64,000 nt of DNA, from contig NC_087436.1 of the NCBI RefSeq assembly GCF_036321535.1, forward strand, positions 42,596,001 through 42,660,000. Reading direction: 5' to 3'. The translations under genes were made by a program, and so were the position numbers. The notes beneath the pieces were generated by a model. That model ran no database searches. It was not told the origin of the DNA and saw only the letters and a program-made list of their open reading frames with translations. Source of the DNA: Camelus dromedarius (taxonomy: Eukaryota). This document shows, one piece after another, positions 55,970-64,000 of this stretch; positions within the stretch are counted from its first letter, which is position 1; each line of letters starts with the position of its first letter.

Positions 55970-56280
55970 GACACTCTGAATTTATGTCCTTTCCTTTATC
56001 ATGTTAGTTTTCTATGTCATATAATTAAAAGATTAAAGTTTATGCAAATTAACTCTGCTGTAAGAATTTTAAAAAGACTGAGGTAAGTGGTGAAATCTTA
56101 GTTTCAAAAGTACTGATTCAAAGTGAAATGTTTTTCAGACATTAAATATGTACCTAATCAGGGTAGGACTTTGGGGTCAACAATAGAAATGCTGAACTGA
56201 GCATATTTTATTTGTTTCTTCATAGAAACATTGTTTAATTTAAGAATCATTGTTTTATGTGAAATCTCTCTTTTATCCTC

Positions 56281-56309
56281 TACTAACAAATTTTTACTCT
56301 GTTGCCAAG
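56281..56309 (+). other. ARSJ: Branch point and 3' splice site of the ARSJ terminal exon
   Basis: TACTAAC at 56281-56287 (branch A 56286), then TTTTTACTCTGTTGCC and AAG|G; ARSJ-like coding sequence begins immediately after. Confidence 0.9.
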
Positions 56310-57708
56310 GTATCAGATACACACCGGACTTCAACATTCTATCATAAGACCTACCCAGCCCAACTGCCTACCTCTGGACAACGCAACCCTACCTCAGAAG
56401 CTGAAGGAGGTCGGATATTCAACACATATGGTTGGAAAATGGCACTTGGGTTTTTATAGAAAAGAATGTATGCCCACCAAGAGAGGATTTGATACCTTTT
56501 TTGGTTCCCTCTTAGGAAGTGGTGATTACTATACACACTACAAGTGTGACAGCCCCGGGATGTGTGGCTATGACTTGTATGAAAATGACGATGCTGCCTG
56601 GGACTACGACAATGGCGTATACTCCACACAGATGTACACTCAGAGAGTGCAGCAAATCCTAGCTTCCCATGACCCCAGAAAGCCTATATTTTTATATATC
56701 GCCTACCAGGCTGTGCACTCCCCACTGCAAGCCCCCGGCAGGTATTTTGAACACTACAGATCTATCATCAACATCAACAGGCGCAGGTATGCTGCCATGC
56801 TTTCCTGCTTAGACGAAGCGATCAACAACGTGACCCTGGCTCTAAAGACGTATGGTTTCTATAACAACAGCATTATCATATATTCTTCAGATAACGGTGG
56901 CCAGCCCACGGCAGGAGGAAGTAACTGGCCTCTCAGAGGGAGCAAAGGAACCTATTGGGAAGGTGGGATCCGGGCTGTTGGCTTCGTGCACAGCCCGCTT
57001 CTGAAAAACAAGGGAACGGTGTGTAAGGAGCTTGTGCACATCACTGACTGGTACCCGACTCTGATTTCACTGGCTGAAGGACAGATTGATGAAGACATTC
57101 AGCTGGATGGCTATGATGTCTGGGAGACCATCAGTGAAGGCCTTCGTTCTCCCCGAGTGGATATTTTGCACAACATCGACCCCATTTATACCAAAGCGAA
57201 AAATGGCTCCTTGGCCGCAGGCTATGGGATCTGGAACACTGCCATCCAGTCGGCCATCAGGGTGCAGCACTGGAAACTGCTCACAGGGAACCCGGGGTAC
57301 AGTGACTGGGTGCCCCCTCAGTCTTTCAGCAACCTGGGGCCGAACCGGTGGCACAATGAACGGATTACCTTGTCAACTGGCAAAAGTGTGTGGCTGTTTA
57401 ACATCACAGCCGACCCGTACGAGAGAGTGGATCTTTCTAACAGGTACCCCGGAGTTGTGAAGCAGCTCCTCCGGAGGCTCTCCCAGTTCAACAAAACCGC
57501 AGTGCCTGTCAGGTACCCCCCCAAAGACCCTAGAAGTAATCCTCGGCTCAATGGAGGCGTCTGGGGACCCTGGTATAAAGAGGAAAACAAAAAACAGAAG
57601 CCAAGCAAAAATAAGGCTAAGAAAAAGCAGAAGAAAAATAAGACAAAGAAGAAACAACAGAAAGCAGGCTCATTTCCAAAATGCCATTCAGGTGTTACTC
57701 GTGGATAA
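56310..57708 (+). CDS. ARSJ: Arylsulfatase J, terminal coding exon (partial CDS; first nt completes a codon split by a phase-2 intron; stop TAA 57706-57708)
   Basis: 468-aa ORF 56302-57708 reads [23 protein letters not shown]...[13 protein letters not shown] (sulfatase signature 2)...SSDNGG...[15 protein letters not shown]...WGPW followed by a Lys-rich tail. It matches ARSJ as recalled, rather than ARSI or ARSB. The ORF's TTG start lies in the intron; the real exon starts after AG 56308-56309. Confidence 0.96.
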
Positions 57709-58975
57709 GTACACATTTTTTCCTAACTTAAGCTTAGGTCAGTTCTTAGTCCTTCACCCGTATTCTAGGTGAACCAGCAAAATTTGGCTCAGTGGGATCA
57801 CTGCCATCAGCATCAGACTGTTTTCGTGTTGGGCCACTCCAGAGACTTCTGCTGCCTGGAAAACTTTTGCTCGGTGCCAAAGGTGCTACTCTTGGGAGCC
57901 ACCCTTAGAGGATAACAGAGATGTTTCGTTCTCTTGCTCCTTTATACAAGGTGTAGTCAGTGAGGAGTGCTGCTGTGCTTCAGTCAACCGACCAAACACT
58001 ATGCGTTACATTATAACATAGGACTGCAGTCTGTGATTGATTTACATGCTAATTCGGTGGAAGTTACAGGGTAGCAAGATTTAAAACTACCTTTGGTAAA
58101 GTCTAGTCAAAGGTTGCATCACCTCAAAGGCCTTGAAAAATACTTTTTTTCTTAGTGAATTTTTCTATCTCTGTTATAGGACACTTGGGGTTTTTAATTA
58201 ATTCCATTTCATATATCATTTTCCTTTCCTGTGAAATTAAGCTGTTTTTTTCTCACACGTGAACAGCTTGCACCTCATTTTATCATGTACGAGGGAATGG
58301 CAAATAAAAATGAGCACACTGCCAAAACGTGAATGTAACTGTTTTCTAAACACTTTAATAGAGTTACGTTTCAGCATAAAGTACATAATTTATTTTTACA
58401 GAAAAAATTAATTATTTTGTTTCATAGAAAGTTATACAGATGGTTTTTAATTATTTTATTTTTATTTTCTACATGTCATTTGAAGAGTTTTATTTCATAC
58501 CATCAAGATTATCAAGCACTGTAATATTATAAGTTACTGTAATACTGTGTGAATTCATAGAATATGAAAAGAAATTTTTTCAGAAAAAATGATAATCATC
58601 ATTGTTCAACCATTATTTTGAATGTAATAAGGTGAATATATTCCTTACAAATTACTTGGGAATTCAATGTTTGTACAGAATTGAGAGACAACTTTATTGT
58701 TGCTATCATAAACACTTTATTTATGTATCTTAATTATTAAAATGACATTTTATGGCACTAACAAGTTGTGAGGCTTTTCTGATTTGACGTCTATATAAAA
58801 TTATATTATTCACTTTAACAAACAAAAACCTTTACAAGTAGGCAACTGAAGGTATGATTTGCTAACAACCTAAGTGATATAATATGGATTTTGCAAATAA
58901 GACATGTTTCCACTTGTCTATGGCATGGACAAAAGTGTTCTCTTGTTAATAAATAAGATATATAATGACCCTACT
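57709..58975 (+). other. ARSJ: ARSJ 3' UTR (end uncertain)
   Basis: AU-rich sequence after the stop codon with no recognised repeats. Candidate poly(A) signals: AATAAA 58303-58308, ATTAAA 58736-58741, AATAAA 58948-58953. Confidence 0.6.
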
Positions 58976-59534
58976 CTTATACAAAGTCAACATGATGGGG
59001 AGATACAGAGAAATGAAGATCTGGACCCTACATGGAGTAGTTAAGAATCTAGTTAGGAACTCACACATGCAAACCTCATAAGGAGGATTAAAGGAGTGTG
59101 ATATGTAATGAGGTTTATCATGGGTCCTCAGTGAGGATGAGTTGATGTGGTTCCTGTCAGCCCTGGAGTTTTCTTTAAAGTGCCCTCTCCTAATGTGGCC
59201 TCCAAGCCTCATAATTTACACTTGAAAATTCACAGAGAGCTAGAACTGTGATATGTGAACTTACAACTGTGATTAAAGAAGTGAACGTGGTGGTGTGGTA
59301 GCATACTATTAAGTACATTTATGTCAGAATTCAAAGGACAGCTTCTCACAGTTTATGGAACTCCATAAAAGAATTGATGGACTATTATCGAAATTACTAA
59401 AATGAACAAAAATAATTTAAGTTTTTTAACTTCTAATATTTCACGTGTAGAATATATATTTCCATTTCATTACATAGGATAAAGTACTACTTCCTGAGTT
59501 TGTGTTTTGTCAACTGTATGGTTATTCTTTATAG

Positions 59535-59971
59535 TTTTTAAATTTTTTATTAAATTTTTTTTTACTTTTATATAATTTTTAAAAGTTACTTTCCATTTAC
59601 AATTACAAAATATTGGCTATATTCCTCGTGTTGTACAATACTTCCTCGAGCCTGTCTTACGCCCCAAAATTTGTACCTCCCACTCTCCTACCCCTTTACT
59701 CCCCCTCCCCACAACTAGTAACCACTAGTTTGTTCTCTATTTTTGAGTCTACTTCTTTTTTGATATATTCACTAGTTTGTTGTATTTTTTAGATTCCACA
59801 TATAAGTGATATCATACACTATTTATCTTTCTCTGCCTGACTTATTTAACTTAGCATAATGCCCTCCAACTCCATTCATGTTGCCACAAATGGCAAAATT
59901 TTGTCCTTTTTTATTGCTGAGTAGTAATCTATGTGTGTGTGTGTGTGTATGTGTGTATATATATATGTATA

Positions 59972-60013
<42 letters not shown>

Positions 60014-60483
60014 CATACATATATATATGTATGGAAACAGATGAATGGATAAAGAAGATCATATATATATATATCCATTCATCTGTTTCCATGTTTTGGC
60101 AATTGTAAATAATGCTGTTGTGAACATTGGGATGCATGTATCTTTTCAAATTAGTGTTTTTGGGTTTTTTTCCAGATATATTCTCAGGAGTGGAATTGTG
60201 GGGTCATGTGATAGTTCTGTTTTTAGTTTTTTGAGAAACCTCCATACTCTTTTCCACAGTGGCTGCACCAATTTACATTCCCAATAACAGTGTACAACAG
60301 CTCTTTTCTCTCCATGCCCTTGCCAACATTTATTTGTAGACTTTTTGATAATAGCCATTCTGACAAGTGTGAAGTGATATCTCATTATGGTTTTAATTTT
60401 CATTTCCCTGATGATTAGCAATGTTGAGCATCTTTTCATGTGCCTATTGACCATCCGCATTTCTTCTTTGGAAAAATGTCTAC
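59535..60483 (-). mobile_element. 5'-truncated LINE-1 (3' UTR plus end of ORF2)
   Basis: Minus-strand [38 protein letters not shown]...[20 protein letters not shown] is the L1 ORF2 C-terminal region; T-rich tail near 59540. Confidence 0.92.
59929..60030. repeat. Compound (TG)n/(TA)n microsatellite within L1
   Basis: Directly visible. Confidence 0.9.
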
Positions 60484-63400
60484 ATCAGCTGTATATTTGA
60501 ATGGGTCTTAAAAATCAAAGGCATGCTGTCAGTGTTTTCCTTTCTTAGTGGCACATAAAATAATGAGGTGACTTTAAAAAGATGGTATCTTACAATTCAA
60601 AAGATAGAGTTATTCTTACATTGAAAAAGAGTTCCAAGGAAAAACAAGTTCAGGAAATGCGGAGTTCAGCATGGCTAACGGGGTCATTTTGTGCAGACTT
60701 AAAGTTTCAAAAATTGTAGTTTGCTTTGTAAATCTCTAACAGAAGGAAATTTTTATACAGTATTTTCTAATTTACTTCACCATAAAACCCTTGTCTGTAG
60801 CACACTACACAGGACTAGGCAAAGTGTGGAACAGATTTTGGAAATTGTTAGTGTAAACATAGACTCTTCTAGGAGACAAAAAGGAGCAAGGAAGCAAATT
60901 AGGATTAAGAACATTAACTCACATTTGAGCCCAGTAGGTATTATGTAATATCATGTGATTTTTAAGTTCTCTATAAAATGACCATAACTTTCTCAATGAA
61001 AATAAATTAGCCCACAGTCTTCTACCTGGAAATAGTTTCATGGATGTTATTCATTGTTTTTAAGAGAGTACCTGCCCCCTGCACATGGCTCTGGGTAGGC
61101 TGTGATTTAAGGTGCCCTTAAGAAACTTAAGTCTAAAGTAATAGTCATACATAAATAATGAACAGAAATATTTCCAAAATGCTGTCAGCAAATCACTAGG
61201 TATTTAAAGATGTCCAGGAACGAAAATACTGTACTTTTGACTTTTGTGCCTTAATCATTAAAACTATGTTCACATGGGGGCATTAATTTTCAGTGTCATT
61301 TTCTGAACTGCGATCCTCAGATTGCCTTTCTAGAGCTGCCTGTGCCTTTTTCAAGTGTAAATCGCACCTCTTTAAAACCTCTGATCTTTTTATTAGGATA
61401 ACAAAGGAAACTCCTGGACTGAAATATGAGTATCCCCCTAGCTTTGTCAGAAAATAAATTGTGACTATGGTTTATGTATCTTGGATGGGAAAGGATCTAA
61501 ATCATTTTACTCAAATGAAAAAACAAAACTCTGTGGTGTCTTTCAGTCAGTGAAAATATCCACCCCAGGGCTGTCAAGTCTTGTTTCATGTGTATTAACA
61601 TGCTTTTCCCCTCACTTTTCTAAAAATTGAGTGAATGTTACAGTTTTCTTGACCAGACCCCTTTTAAAAACCTTTGATAATTGAATAAGTAGACAGTTAA
61701 TACATTGCAACATTTGATTTTCCAAGGAACATGAATTTGGCATCAGGATTAGCTTCTTAAGCATTTTATTCCTAGAATTCTTGGGTACACACATTGTGAA
61801 TTTATCAATAGCAATCAGAATGTGTATTGTTGGTAGGGAGAAGCTGGCTTGCTGGAAGTAGCAAACAAAATTCTGTGTCAGAAGTTAGAAACTTCATTGT
61901 TTCCTCTTAGTGAAATTACTTATTAAAATTCATTCATTCAACAAATATTTATTAAATCCTACTGCCTGCCTGTCAGGCAGTGTTCTGGGTGCTTGGGATC
62001 CAGTAGGATCCAGTGTCCAGTGGACAAAAATGGATAAAAATTCTTATTGCTTGTACAGGTTACATTCTAGCTGAGTGACACAGACAATAAATAATAAATC
62101 TAACTGATAAGTAAATTATATACTTTAAAGTAGCATGAAAAAGAAAGAGTAGATCAAGATAAGGGGAGAGTTTATTCAATACCAAGTTTACCCATCCATT
62201 CATTCAACATTTGATACATGCCACACATAATGATTTATGCTGGGATATGGTGGCAAGCAAAATCAGAGTCCCAGTCTTCAGGTAGTGCACATGCTCCTGG
62301 GAGACACAGCCATCAGTTAAATAACCAAACACCCTTCTGTCCCCCACTCTGCTTCCCTATTTAATCTTTCTCCATAGACTTATCACCCTTTAATATATTT
62401 CATATTTTACTTACACATTTTATTTGTTCTCTGGCTCCTCCCACTAGAGTATAAGCTTCTTAAGAAAATAGTTTGTCTGCTCTATTACATCTGTATTGCC
62501 AGTATATAAAACAATGCCTGGCTTACAGTCAGCATTCTCTATATATATATATAGGTATATATACATTTTGAGTGAATAGATAAAATAATCACAAATATCC
62601 ATATGTTCAGCTACATTTACTTGGGTTTCCATTTTCCAATGTTGTATAGAAATTTCATTGTTGACAAATAGAACTGGTCATCCCTAATAGGACTCCTCAT
62701 AATAATAGCAATAATGTGAAAAGCAGAAATTTCTGGCATTAGAAAAAACTAACTTGAATAATGTATAGTTACAGGAACAGAGTGTTATAGCAAAAGCCAA
62801 GCAAAACTCACACAAAATTGAGAGCAAATTTTATTTATATAATCTTTATTACTTAACAGGGTAGAAAATTATTCTGACATTACTTTGAATATAACGGAAT
62901 ACAGTAGTTTGAGAGTTTCCAGAAAGGAGAAATGGGAACTCAAATTGTAAATGATTTTTGTAGCAAGCCATAAAAGGGAAATATATAAATAACAAATAAA
63001 TCTCTATGTCTTCATAGAATTATGAAGCCAAATGGACTATATCTCACATCCTTGAGTATCTTATTACAAAGCTCTACAACTTGGCAGAGGAAGAATTCTA
63101 CTTCTTTAAAGGTAAGTTTTTCTTAAGCATTTTAGTGATTGTAACTTCTTTGTGAAGTCCATTGACTCATTGATCAGATATGACATTATAAAACACATGC
63201 CACCAAAATATTGTCCTTGAGATTTAGTCATACTTGACCATATTTACTTGATTTTCCATTTCATATCTATGATTTGAAATCTCTTTCCTCTAAAATTTGC
63301 TACAATCCTTTAATATTCATTGTCAATTGGGTTATGCAATTTTGGATAAAATAAATCCCAACAACTGAAAAGTTTCAAGGAAATAACATATGCTCATTAA

Positions 63401-63947
63401 AAATGTCTGTGTATTTACTCTTTGGAGAAATTCTTTGGGTGATAATTATAAGTGAAGAGCATCTTATCAAATGAATCAAATAAAAGTAAAATTTATCTTT
63501 CAGAATAAAAATCTAAAAACAATTTTCAAAATGACATATTAATCTCTCTGGAAATAATACTTTAAGAATTAAAGTTTCTTCAGCTTTGAGTTGTGAATGA
63601 CTGGGAAATACTTTGAACTGAACACCTAAACTATGAGAAAGAATGTTCTTATAACCAAAGTTAAAAAAATAAAACAAAACCTTGATTTTACTTAATAATC
63701 TAAAACTGTATCTTCTCATGTCACCATCACCAGAACTTCCAGAGGCTCCTTTTCAACAAAAATGGTAGCATAACTCACTAGTCATGGAGACCCATCCCGT
63801 CTCTCATACATGTCCCACTAACATTTCTCTATTTTAAGATTTTCCTGCTTGGAATAATCAATCTCTAGCACCTAGGAGGAGGGAATTTTAAGCATATAAC
63901 ACCTACATTAATTTCTACTACACATTCAGATTTAATAGCAACAAAAC

Positions 63948-64000
63948 ATAGGGGTTCAGAGCATGTCACCCCAAAATATGCCCCCTTGGCATATTGGTTG
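63948..64000 (+). mobile_element. 5' start of an ERV1-type LTR (runs off the window)
   Basis: GGGGTTCAGAGCATGTCACCCCAAAATATGCCCCCTTGGCATATTG, similar to the start of the LTR at 22559-23039. Confidence 0.65.

Larger units (their letters stand above)
1..56309 (+). other. ARSJ: 3' part of ARSJ intron 1 (inferred)
   Basis: No upstream exon encoding the N-terminus or CTPSR motif and no CpG island seen in 1-56309. ARSJ is recalled as having two main coding exons separated by a very long intron. Confidence 0.75.

Noticed and set aside
56302..56309. TTG start of the 468-aa ORF as a standalone intronless gene or retrocopy
   Set aside because: The ORF lacks the signal peptide and CTPSR motif and begins at a branch point plus acceptor, so it is a spliced exon. 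No poly(A) tail or TSD is present.
56351..57772. Antisense and alternative-frame ORFs overlapping ARSJ (73-132 aa)
   Set aside because: Shadow ORFs expected from GC-richer coding sequence; no recognisable domains.
60146..60460. 104-aa ORF with protein-like sequence
   Set aside because: Remnant of L1 ORF2 in a 5'-truncated copy; not a host gene.
9294..63169. Scattered AP-1 (TGA[C/G]TCA) and octamer (ATGCAAAT) motifs
   Set aside because: Isolated 7-8-mers are expected by chance in 64 kb of AT-rich DNA; no clustering that I can support.
1..64000. CRISPR arrays, operons or other prokaryote-type systems
   Set aside because: The sequence is mammalian; no regularly spaced repeat-spacer array or gene cluster is present.

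Overview
AT-rich mammalian genomic DNA, most likely from a camelid (camel or alpaca), judged from a camelid-type tRNA-derived SINE at about 21.4-21.6 kb. The only credible gene is arylsulfatase J (ARSJ) on the + strand. Its large terminal coding exon runs 56310-57708, preceded by a perfect TACTAAC branch point and an AAG acceptor, and followed by an AU-rich 3' UTR. The exon carrying the signal peptide and the CTPSR/FGly catalytic motif is not in the window, so 1-56309 is inferred to be the long first intron. The rest is ordinary interspersed repeats: L1, L2, L3/CR1, MIR, hAT DNA transposons, several ERV1-type solo LTRs with 4-bp TSDs, an MLT2 LTR and microsatellites. All other ORFs in the track look spurious. 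I found no convincing novel multi-gene system. The most interesting signals are (i) candidate splicing-regulatory architecture in the intron (an LTR-derived poison exon containing a 4-tier G-quadruplex motif, a CAG|GTAAGT recursive-splice-like site and a sense LTR poly(A) signal), and (ii) several template-switch or templated-insertion scars. Repeat family names and orthologue comparisons come from recall, not from a search.
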